This document shows, piece after piece, positions 1 to 10,400 of a stretch of DNA of 64,000 nt (the stretch's first letter is position 1; each line of letters starts with the position of its first letter). Source of the DNA: Cetorhinus maximus. Taxonomy: Eukaryota. The notes beneath the pieces were generated by a model. It made no database searches. It was not told where the DNA came from and worked only from the letters and a program-made list of their open reading frames with translations. The translations under genes and the position numbers were made by a program. The stretch covers positions 48,546,001-48,610,000 of the forward strand of contig NC_135881.1 of the NCBI RefSeq assembly GCF_964194155.1, read 5' to 3'.

Positions 1-538
1 CAACAATTTTAGATCATGAACTCTCTCCTCCATCCCCACCCCCTTTCTGATTTTCCCCCTCCTTTTTGTTATTTCCAATAATTTATATAGATTTTTCTTT
101 TCCCACCTACTTCCATTATGTTTAAGTGTTTTTCCATCCATTGTTTTATCTCTACCTTTTAGCCTATTTCGATCCCTTCCCCCCACCCCATCCCCACTAG
201 GGCCATCTATACCTTGCTCGTCCTGCTTTCTACCCTTAATTAGCACATTCTTTTAGATAATATCACCACCTTCAACACCTCTTTGGCCTTTTGTCTGTGA
301 CATCTTTTGGTTATCTCCACCTATCACTGGCCCTCTATCCAGCTCTTCTTGTCCCAACACCACCTTAAACCAGCTTATATTTCACCTCTCTTCTATTTTT
401 ACTTAGTTCTGTTGAAGGGTCATTTGGACTCGAAACATTAACTGTGCTCCTCTCCGCAGATGCTGCCAGACCTGCTGAGTTTTTCCAGGTATTTTTGTTT
501 TTGTTTTGGATTTACAGCATCCGCAGTTTTTTGCTTTT
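1..538 (+). mobile_element. 3' end/pseudo-LTR of a Penelope-like retroelement
   Basis: Pyrimidine-rich tract, hammerhead-like core, then gatgctgccagacctgctgagtttttccag...cagcatccgcag, a typical Penelope-type end; related inverted copy at 62488-62635. Confidence 0.65.
405..443 (+). ncRNA. Minimal type I hammerhead-ribozyme motif (degenerate)
   Basis: Stem I AGTT(405-408)/AACT(440-443); core CTGTTGA (409-415; canonical CUGANGA); stem II GGGTC(417-421)/GACTC(427-431); GAAA (432-435); remnant loop-less stem III CATT (intact form CGTT). Confidence 0.6.
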
Positions 539-609
539 ATGTCTTTAAGCAATTATTCTGAGTGCCAAGTGTGTCAGCATATGTACCTGAGTTCTCGTTT
601 GTTTGTAAG

Positions 610-937
610 ACCTCCATGGCCTCGCCCCTTCCTAGCTCTGAAAGCTCCTCCAGCCCCTCGAGATATCAATGCTCCTCCAATTTTGGCCTCCTACACATCC
701 TGATTTTATTCACTCCACCATTGCCAACAGGCCTTCAGCTACCTAGGGCCTAAACACTGGAATTCCTCCCTAACCTCTCCACCTCTCTTTCCTCCTTTAA
801 GAAACTCCTTAAGACCTACCTCTTTGATCAAGCTCTTGGTCATCTGCTCTAATATCTCCTTAAGTAACACTCCTGTAGAGTGCTTTAAAATGCATTCCTT
901 TATTTAAAGGCACCATATAAATGCAAATTGTTGTTGT
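610..937 (+). mobile_element. L2 LINE 3' end
   Basis: ggccttcagct...ctggaattcctccct...ccttaagacctacctctttga...tataaatgcaaattgttgttg: L2-type 3' UTR with (TTG)n tail. Confidence 0.7.
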
Positions 938-2319
938 AATGTAATCCCTACATTTGCATGCAGAATTGTAACTTTCCTGTGACCAATTGCAGCATTATTC
1001 ATGGTTCTATTGTTCAGATCCTTTAGTGAACATAAATGACATTTGGACCCACTAGGCTTATTTTAATACACCTTTTTATGGCATGCTGCTAGAGAAGGTT
1101 TCAACCTAATAAACCATTACCTAGGGGCAGACTTAATAGAAGAAAAAAAATCTCATTGTGCTCACACTTAAAAAAAGGTACATTAGAAATTAAACGTTAT
1201 GTAAGAATGCAGCTGTTAAATGGATTTGAAGGCAATTTGTAAAATGCCTGACCAAGCGTAACATTCTCATCACAAAAGAAAGGAATGGTGAAATAAAATC
1301 TGTAGGAGCAAAGTTGTTGCTTTGGGCCATGAAGATAGCTTTCATCATTTCCATGGAAGTACAAACTACATTACATTGCAATCATCATTGCCAAAGGAGG
1401 TACCTCAAATTGTCACATTGCAAATGTTGCTTCATGCTGTTCCTTTCTGTTCCCCGAGCTTTTGCCAATCTTAACTTGCCCCTTCAACACCCAATCACCG
1501 TCCCCAGCTTTATTAATTGCTACAAATGGTACAGACTCTTCATGGCTGATAATGTCGTCTGACTGTGCATAATCAGCTGGCCTCAAGCCGTAATACAAGG
1601 TCGGCTTTCCAGGCTGAGTTCGATGGTGTTTCCAGCACGTATTGCAAGATGCTCTGAGAGTTTGCCAAGATCACCAGCAGGACATCTGGTGCTGGTGGCT
1701 GACTAACCTGGAGGTTAGATTTAACATTTAACACGCAAAAATGAGCGGGTGCAGAATGGAGTGGTGTGGGTGGGATGGGGGAATAGTCGTAGGATGGACA
1801 GTTTGCAACAACAGAGGCCCAGATTTTCCTTGTGGGGCTCTTCCTGATCCTACAAGGGAAAGGTTAATACTAACCTTACAGGCCTCTATGCAGCCCTGGT
1901 CTTACTGAGCAAGGTTGAAAACCCAATGAGTTGGCAGTTACAATGTAACAGGGATCCAATGTATGTCACAAGAGCCCAATTCACACGAGGTTGAATTTGC
2001 TGCAGGATAGGGATGAGTAGGAACCTGACTCACTCCATTTTAATTCCCACTCTGCCCAGTTTCTGCCATGCCAGGGAAATTCAAATTCCCCCTTTTTTTT
2101 CGTTGTTCTCTCCTTATTTACTTATTCAGTCATTCTTTCACAGAGAAGTCCAAAATATAGCATGTCAGTGTAACACAATGCAATTTACATTGCCATGTGT
2201 ATCCAAGTTTCAAGGGGCATATTACTCCAAACATTATAAAGTGCATTCCACTTTGACTCTTCCAAGTGCATGAGAGAAGGAATAAGCCAAGCTAAATGTA
2301 CAGTCTCTACCTAGCACTT

Positions 2320-2502
2320 CACAGCACTCTGCATCACCCACTCTTACAGATGAAAGCATTTGAATGATAGCACCTCTGACAGTGCAGCACACCATCAGTA
2401 CTGCATTGAAGTGCCAGCTGAGCACAAATCTTGCAGTGGGGTTTGAATCTACATCCTTCTAACTGGGAAGCAAGAATGATACCACTCAGGCATGGCTGAC
2501 AC
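2320..2502 (-). mobile_element. DeuSINE (SacSINE1-like) 5' fragment
   Basis: Reverse complement gives a tRNA-like head (gtgtcagcc...agtggtatca...agattcaaacccc) then cagtactgatggtgtgctgcactgtcagaggtg; same family as 40745-41193 and 48328-48657. Confidence 0.65.
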
Positions 2503-2975
2503 ATGGAAGTACTGGGAAAAGAACTCAAAGCATTAGCAGATTCCATGATCACTAATTTTCCCAGTTTCCATCTCTTGTAATGCATTTACACGGTCAGAAG
2601 AAGTGGCCCAGGAGCAGTAGGGGACCTAATCCTAGACATTTGCCAAAGTTGCTCATTAACTTCCTTTCCTTGTTTTCTCCCGTGAGGAAGAGTGTGATTT
2701 TGGCCTGCTCCTTCATTCAGCCATGATGCCATGGGAAGGAATCACAGATGAGAACCCCGACCATAGTATTCGGTGGCACAGTCATTGATCCTACACCACA
2801 AAGCTCTGCCTTTGCTGGTTTGACAGTGGATTGGGCATCGTTTCTGAAGTCGAGCATATTCGTGAAACTGACGGTTGTGATGGAGCGCTCCCTTTCTTTG
2901 CAACTTGAAGCACAAGACCTGCGTAAACATCTTCACTACAGCACCAATACATTGTTAAGTAGTTTTAATATTTAC

Positions 2976-3190
2976 CTTACATCTGTGGAAGTGGTAGACC
3001 ACTAGCATAGCAATGAAATCCAACAGCATGCAGAAAGTTTGGAACGCGATGATGGCAATGCGCAGGTGCTTGTCCGTCTCTGCATGACAGGGACTGTCAT
3101 CTTGACATGAGCTGCATCCATTCCTGCAGGGAAGGCACTCATATATACTTCCATGTTGGCCCTGGGCAATGGCATGTTGCTTAATCTTCC
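2976..3190 (-). CDS. GPR158: Internal coding exon of a GPR158-family class C GPCR (GPR158 or GPR158-like paralogue): end of cysteine-rich stalk plus TM1
   Basis: Minus strand reads (G)KIKQHAIAQGQHGSIYECLPCRNGCSSCQDDSPCHAETDKHLRIAIIAFQTFCMLLDFIAMLVVYHFHRCK, close to GPR158 as I recall it (CLPCREGCPFCADDSPC...DKYLRLAIISFQALCMLLDFVSMLVVYHFRKAK). Acceptor tattttgcag before 3190 (phase 1), donor AAG|gtaaat after 2976 (phase 0); 215 bp, no stops. Confidence 0.92.
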
Positions 3191-5011
3191 CTGCAAAATA
3201 CCACAATGTAAACTTTTATCAGACAATTCCAAAGTGTGGATTAGCTTTATGTCTAATTTCAACTATAATTCAATCCATAGTAAAATGATTTAAATATTTT
3301 CAGAATAACTCTAATATTATGCTGAATGGATGGATGGGTATAATGCCTCTGGTGCGTGCTTTGAATATCTACCAAGAAGCCCAATCCATTATGCTGAGTA
3401 GCGCACTTGCTGCACAGAATGAGTGCACTTATACTGCCAGCCATATTGGATCCTCAGATGCCTGTAAAATGGGCACAGTGCGATCAAATTTCTAGATTAG
3501 GCTGCACTGCCTGATTCAAGCAGTCATAATAAGAGAACAAAATAAAATAGAAACAAATGCTACTTGTCAAATGGGAAAAGGGCCAAAAATAACGTGTTTA
3601 GAGCAGGATAATTTCCTATGATATGGTGGCTTAAAATTTACAATCGATGATGTGGTCAATAGTTGTTTGATAAAATACAGAGATTAGGAACTATAATATG
3701 GAATGTTTAAAAGACTGCAGAAGGTTTTTAACAAATAAAAACATATACCATCATAAGAGGCCTTATATCAAAAACAGACAACAATGAGCAAAAAGATTTA
3801 GGTTTTCCTGTTGATTCATTTTGGATCCTTGTTTATCACTAATTGACTGCCTAATTATATGTGAGAGGGGGGCACAGTCAAAAACAAGGATCCAACTTAG
3901 TTAAGAAAGGTACATGATACCAAGGAATAACAATGCATCTGGCGTTGACAATTGCTGTACAGGGTTTCTGGTTGTTCGCAAGTTGTAAAGGCTCAGAGTC
4001 ATGTCTAGATAATTGTCTCATTCATTCACACACTGATACCTTTGCAAAAACAATGTCAAGAAAAAAATGTCAATTAGTTTTACATGATGTGACATAATGC
4101 TAGCTCTGACATGGATCACCTCTGTCATTGCATTGCTATCAAGCACAGAATTCTCCCAAAACCATACTGTATTTTATACAGTTTTACCCAATGTTCATGA
4201 CATCAACCTACATCAGGAACTAATGAAAGATGAGAAAATACTGTCAGTTTTATGAAGTTCTTCAGCACATATAAACGGGGAAAGTGTCAATGATTTTGTG
4301 GAGATTTTTAGATGTATCAAACTGATTTCTAGGCCAGCCGAGTCAATCAACACAACACTTGTGACATGAACCAGACACAGTACAATAACATGCAATTTAT
4401 TTTTTGGCATATGCCATCCCACTGCATATGATGGTGTTCTCAAAAATGTGGTGTAATTAGTGTGTCACCATGGGTGTGCATCATGATGCATCAAGTATCA
4501 AAACTTGCATTAGTCTGATGGACAGAGTTGAGAAACGATTACAATGGAGCAGACTCTCCGTCAGCTGCAATATAACCACATCTCCAGTGACTAGCAGTTT
4601 GGCATCTACATCATTGGCTGATGCCAATGCTTCCTGGAACCAAATCTGTCTGCAAAATTCTCCAACCTGATGATATCACCATTTAAAAATCCAGGTTAAA
4701 TATCAAAGCATTCCAGTAGAATATGGTGCAATGGGATGGAAAAAGATTTCAAGAGTAACGTTAATCATTAAATGAAAGAAAAATTAACAAAACTAGACTG
4801 ACACAAGAGATGGTAATGCCAGACTAAAATCCCTATTATACCATTGCCATCAGAATTTTCTTTTCAGCTCCCAGATATTTTAATCTAAATCAATACTTTC
4901 AATGATGGAATGGAACATGAGCACTAAAAGCCGAAGATTTATGTTACACTTCCACCTGACCTTCTTTATCTGCAGCCCCTGTTGATTTTCCACGGTCAGG
5001 GCTCCTCCCAT

Positions 5012-5205
5012 TTTATTTTGGTGGGATATGGGCACCTTTGACAAGGCCAGCATTTGTTGCCCATCCCTAATTGCCCTTGAACTGAATGGCTTATTAGGCC
5101 ATTTCAGAGGGCAGTTAAGAGTCAAACACATCACTGTAGATCTGGAGTCATATGTAGGCCAGACCAGGTAAGGATGATAGATTTCGTCCCCTAAAGGACT
5201 CTAGT
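5012..5205 (-). mobile_element. 3' part of the tRNA-derived SINE that shares its tail with LINE family A
   Basis: Reverse complement matches the 3' half of 39003-39357 (ctggtctggcctaca..tgactccag...gggcaattagggatgggcaa.aaatgctgg). Confidence 0.75.
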
Positions 5206-5231
5206 CACTTAGTAGTCTAGAGAGTGAGTAT

Positions 5232-5440
5232 TGCTGGAATAAGAGACATGTTGTTGAAGCTTTTCATCTTGCACTTAGCAGAACAGACACAAGAATGCCA
5301 AATTTCAAATGGGACAGCAATTTACACTGCATGAGAAAAGGGGTGTGGTTTGGTTGGCAAGTCGCCTCTGATTGGGTGAGATATTGCCATGGCAAATGGA
5401 CCAGGCAGCCATTGTCCCCCAAGCTTTTCTTTTAAACAAA
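5232..5440 (-). mobile_element. Penelope-like end fragment with degenerate hammerhead motif (5252-5285)
   Basis: Minus strand TGTT-CTGCTAA-GTGCAAGAT-GAAA-AGCTTC-AACA: stem I TGTT/AACA, palindromic stem III AAGCTT, UUC triplet, two core substitutions. Confidence 0.55.
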
Positions 5441-5444
5441 GTAG

Positions 5445-6688
5445 TAGCACCACTACTGACCGAACTGGCAGAGTCTTAAGGGACAAAGCCACTACACTCG
5501 GTCTGCAGCATGTGGTGAGAGAACCAACAAAAGGGAAAAACCTACTTTACCACCTTCTCACCAATCTACCCAACGCAGATGCATCTGTCCATGATGGTAT
5601 TAGTAGGAGTGACCACCACACAAGTCCTTTTGGAGATGAAGTCCCGTATTCACATTGAGGGTCCCCTCCATCGTGTTGTGTGGCACTACCACCAAGCTAA
5701 ATGGGATAGATTTAGAACAGTTTTGGAAATAAAAACTGGGCATATATGAGGCCCTTGGGCCATCAACAGCAACAGAATTGTATTCAACCACAATCTGTGA
5801 CATCATTGCCCAGCTTATCTCTCACTCTGCCATTACCATCAAACCAAAGGATCTATCCTGGTTCAATGAACAGTGCAGGAGAGCATGCCAGGAGCAGCAC
5901 CAGGTATACCTAAAAATGAGGTGTCAACCTGGTGAAGCTACAACACAGGACTACTTGTGTGCCAACCAGCAGAAGCAGCATGTGACAGACAGAGGTAAGC
6001 AACCCTACAACCAACAGATCAGATCTAAGCTCTGCAGTCCTGCCACATCCAGTCGTGAATGATGGGGGACAATTAAACAACTCACTGGAGGAGGAGGCTC
6101 CGCAAATATCCTCATCCTGTGAAAGCCCAGCACATCAGTGAAAAAGACAAGGCTGAAGCATTTGCAGCCATCTTCAGCCAGAAAGGCCAAGTGGATGATC
6201 CATCTCGGCATCCTTGTGAGAGCCCCAGCATCACAGATGCCAGTCTTCAGCCAATTTAATTCACTCCACATGATGTCAAGAAATGGCTGAAGGCACTGGA
6301 TACTGCAAAGGCTATGGGCCCTGACAATATTCCGGCAATAGTACTGAAGACTTGTGCTTCAGAATTTGCCGCTCCCCTAGCCAAGCTGTTCCAGTACAAC
6401 ACTGGCATCTACCCAGCAATGTGGAAAATTGCCCAGATATTTCCTGTCTGCAAATCCAACCTGGCTAATTATTGCCCCATCAGTCTATTCCCAATCATCA
6501 GCTATGTGATGGAAGGTGTTGTCGACAGTGCTATCAAATGGCACTTACTCAGCAACATGTTGCTCACTGACACTCAGTTGGAGTTTCGCCAGGACTACTC
6601 AGCTCCTGACATCATTACATTGGTTCGAACATCAAAAAAAGAGCTGAATTCAAGAGATGAGATAAGCGTGACCGCCCTTGACACCAAG
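5445..6688 (+). mobile_element. CR1-group non-LTR retrotransposon ('LINE family A'): ORF2 endonuclease end, tether and RT start; degenerate
   Basis: Fragments LQHVVREPT.GKNLL..., SWFNEQCRRAC, KAMGPDNIPAIVLKTCASE.AAPLAKLFQ, NYCPISL, FRQDYSAPD, ALD; stops and frameshifts. Confidence 0.85.
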
Positions 6689-7362
6689 AAGGTTACAGTG
6701 GGGCACTTAGAGAATCTCAATGCAATCAGGCTGAGTCAACATGGTTTCATGAAAAGGAAATCCTGTCTGACTAACTTATTGGAGTTATTTGACAAAATTA
6801 CTAGCAATGTGAATAAAAGGGAACCTGTAGGTCTGGTGCACTTAGATTTGCAGAAGTCATTTGACCAGGGGCCACATCAAAGGTTGCTACACAAAATAAG
6901 AGTTCATGGTGTAGGACGTAACATATTAGTATGGGTATCGGATTGGTTAGCTAACAGGAAACAGAGAGTAGAAATAAATGGGTCATTTTCAGTTTGGCAA
7001 GATTGAGTGTGACAGGGATCAGTGCTGGGGCTTCAACTATTTATATTTATATTGATGACTTGGATGACAGGATCGAATGTATGGTTGCTAAATTTGCTAA
7101 TGACACAAAGATAGATAGGAAAATAAGTTGTGAAGAGGGCATAAGGAGTCTGCAAAGGGATATGCATAGGTTAAGTGAGTGGGAAAAAATTTGGCAGGTA
7201 GAGTATAATGTGTGAAAATGTGAACTTGTTCATTTGGCAGGAGGGAAAGCAGAATTGAGGCCGCAATCAGATCAGTTATGATCTTATTGAATGTTGGAGC
7301 AGGCACAAGGGGCTGAATGGCCTGCTCCTGCTCCTAATGTGTATGTTTGTACTTTTGTTCGT
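6689..7362 (+). mobile_element. CR1 (HER1-like) LINE fragment inserted into LINE A; internally deleted, 3' UTR present
   Basis: SQHGFMKRKSCLTNLLE...LDLQKSFD..PHQRLLHK, KFANDTK; 3' tail ggctgaatggcctgctcctgctcct; flanked by probable TSD ACCAAG (6683-6688)/ATCAAG (7363-7368). Confidence 0.88.
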
Positions 7363-7443
7363 ATCAAGGCAGCATTTGACCGAGTATGGCATCAAGGGCT
7401 CCTAGCAAAACTGGAGTCAATGGGAATCAAGGGGGAAACTCTT
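7363..7443 (+). mobile_element. LINE A continuation (RT) after the CR1 insertion
   Basis: IKAAFDRVWHQGLLAKLESMGIKGETL continues directly from ...ALD before 6689. Confidence 0.8.
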
Positions 7444-10400
7444 TGTTTCATCTTGGGTTCTGGGTCTAGATGGGGTTTCTTATGGTTTCTCTGTTAACCT
7501 AAAAATTCTACCATAGACTATGATTTGGGAAAGAACATTCTTGTTTATTTCCAGATTTATGTACATCTCAGCATTCTACACGAGGTTGTACTTCTACTTT
7601 GTGCCAAATCTCTGTCTCTTAGTCATGTAACAGTGCATCATAGTTATATCAGTAAGAACATTAGTATCAGATGCTCCTAATGTTCATCCTTTACTTTACA
7701 TCTACCCCCAACGCAAGCCCCCTGCTAATTCTTTATCCCAACTACATACATACTCCTTTATCTGCCCCCAAAATCTCAGACTTCACAGGGTTAGTCCCTG
7801 CGGTGCCTTGCCCAATCTCCCTGATGTGGTCCAGATTTCATTTTGAGGTTGAGGATGAACTGCGTTTTCTCATCATTCAATAGGAGTGTCTTCCACCTGG
7901 GTGGTTGCAGAGTTTCTACTTGTTTCTGGTTCCTTGCATTCTTCTGGGTCTATTTAGTATGTCCAAGGTTCCATGGTTTCCTTCTCAAAAATATCCATGC
8001 TCCTCGGTTACTTCTGATATTTCCCTGGTCCGTCTCAATTCTATAAGATCTCGGCTGTGGAGTTCTTTCTATTACAATGCCTTCTTTCTGTTGATCCCGT
8101 ATCCACACTCTCTCCTCGTTGAAATTACAAGCTGGACTGTCTCTTTGTTGCTCCTCATACTTCCTAACTTTCTCACAATCGTCTGAAGTAATATTAGGTT
8201 GTGTTTGTTGTAGAGCTGGAAGTTGTGTTCACAGCCATCGTCCCATCAATAGTTCTGATGGTGAGAACCTGTTTTTTAGCAGTGAATTTCTTTAATTAAG
8301 TAGGGCTAAGTTAAGATGTTTGTTCTTTTTCATCAATTCCTTGATTGTTCGAGCTCCTCTTTCTGCTTCTTCGTTTGACTGAGGATATCTAGGCAAGCTA
8401 GTCACAAGCATGAACCCATATCCCTGTGTAAAGTTATAGAACAGCTCGTTGGCAAACTAAGGCCTGACACCACGATGTCCGGAATGCCAAGTGCCACGAA
8501 GATTCTTCTTAGTGATGTAATGACTGCCTCTGCCATATGCAGTCTGCTCACTCCAAACCATCTGGAGTAGTAATCAATGACAATGATAAAAACTTTGCCT
8601 TTTAACTCAAATAAATCCATTCCCAGGTGCTGCCATGACCTTGAAGGAAAAGCGGAGGGTGCGAATGGTTTGCTGCTGTTGGCAATTCGCTGCCCACATA
8701 AGTCAATTCGTCATTAACTCTTTTATGGAGTGACTGATGCCTGGCCACCAGACCAACTGCTGGGTTCTTGCTCAGCATTTCACAATTCCAAAGTGACCTG
8801 GCTGGATTTTCTGGAGGATGTTGAAGTGTTTTACGGATGACTAGCCTGTCATTAAACACTAAGAAATCATTGATGATGATGAGAATTTTTCTCTGTCCAA
8901 AATATTGGTGAAGAACTGGATTATTTGGAGTATCCTCTAGCCATCCATTCTATCAATACTGTTTTATGTTGATGCGCTCATCGTCCTACTGTTGTGCTTG
9001 CTTACTTTCTTGTAAGCTCTTCGCAGTGATTGGTAAGTGTTTAGCAATGAGTGAAGTATATATATTCACTTCTTCAATAACATTTCAATCTTCCAGCTTG
9101 ATTTCTTCAACTCATATTCTTGACAATGCTTCTGCTGTCGTCTGGTACTTGCCTTGAACATACTCAGTAACTGAACGATATCTCAGTTGCAGTCTAAAAC
9201 GCTGAATTCTAGGTGGCAACTTTGCAATTCCTTTTATATTAAGAAGGTGAGAATGACTGCCCTTGACATCAAGGCAGCATTTGACCTATTGTGGCATCAT
9301 GGAGCCCTAACAAAACTGGAGTCAATGGGAATCAGGGGGAAAACGCTCCAATGATTGGAGTCATACCTTGCCCAAAGGAAGATGGTTGTGGTTGTTAGAG
9401 TTCAATCATCTCCATGCCAGGACATCACCACAGGAATTCCCCAGGGTAGTGTCCTAGGCCCAACCATCTTCAGCTGCTTCATCAATGACCTTCCTTCCAT
9501 CATAAGGTCAGAAGCGGGGATGTTCGCTGATGATTGCACAATGTTCAGCACCATTCACGACTCCTCAGATAATGAAGCAGTCCATGTCCAAAGGCAGCAA
9601 GACCTGAACAATTTCCAGGCTTAAGCTGACAGGTGGCAAGTAACAATCGTGCCACACAAGTGCCAGGCAATGACCATCTCCAACAAATGAGAATCTAACC
9701 AATGCTCCTTGACATTCATGGCATTACCATCGCTGAATCTCCCATTATCAGCATCCTGGTAGTTACCATTGACCAGAAGCTGAACTGGACTAGCCACTGT
9801 GGCTACAAGAGCAGGTTAGAGGCTAGGAATCCTGCAGCGAGTAACTCATCTCCTGACTCTCCAAAACCTGTCCACCACCTACAAGGCACAAGTCAGGAGT
9901 GTGATGGAATACTCCCCTCTTGCCTGGATGAGTGCAGCTCCAACAAAACTCAAGAAGCTCGACACCATCCAGGACAAAGCAGCCCACTTGATTGGCACCC
10001 CATCCACCAAGATTCACTCCCTCCATCACTGATGCACAGTGGCAGCAGTGTGCACCATCCACAAGATGGACTGCAAAAACTCATGAAAGCTCCTTAGGCA
10101 GCACCTTCCAAACCCACGACCGCTACCCTCTAGAAGGACAAGGGCAGCAGACATATGGGGAACTGGAAGTTCCCTTCCAAGTCATTCACCATCCTGACTT
10201 GGAAATATATTGCTGTTCCTTCACTGTCAATGGATCAAAATCCTGGAACGTCCTCCCTAACAGCACTGTTGGTGTACCTACACCACATGGACTGCAGCGG
10301 TTCAAGAAGGCAGCTCACCACCACCTTCTCAAGGGCAATTCGGGATGGGCAATAAATGCTGATCTAGCCAGCGACACCCACATCCCAGGAATGAATTTTT

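Noticed and set aside
2748-3005. 85-aa plus-strand ORF overlapping the TM1 exon, relatively CpG-rich
   Set aside because: No recognisable homology or gene structure; probably a chance ORF.
3850-4680. Possible decayed transposase or endogenous viral fragment
   Set aside because: No motif recognised in the frames I read; many stops.
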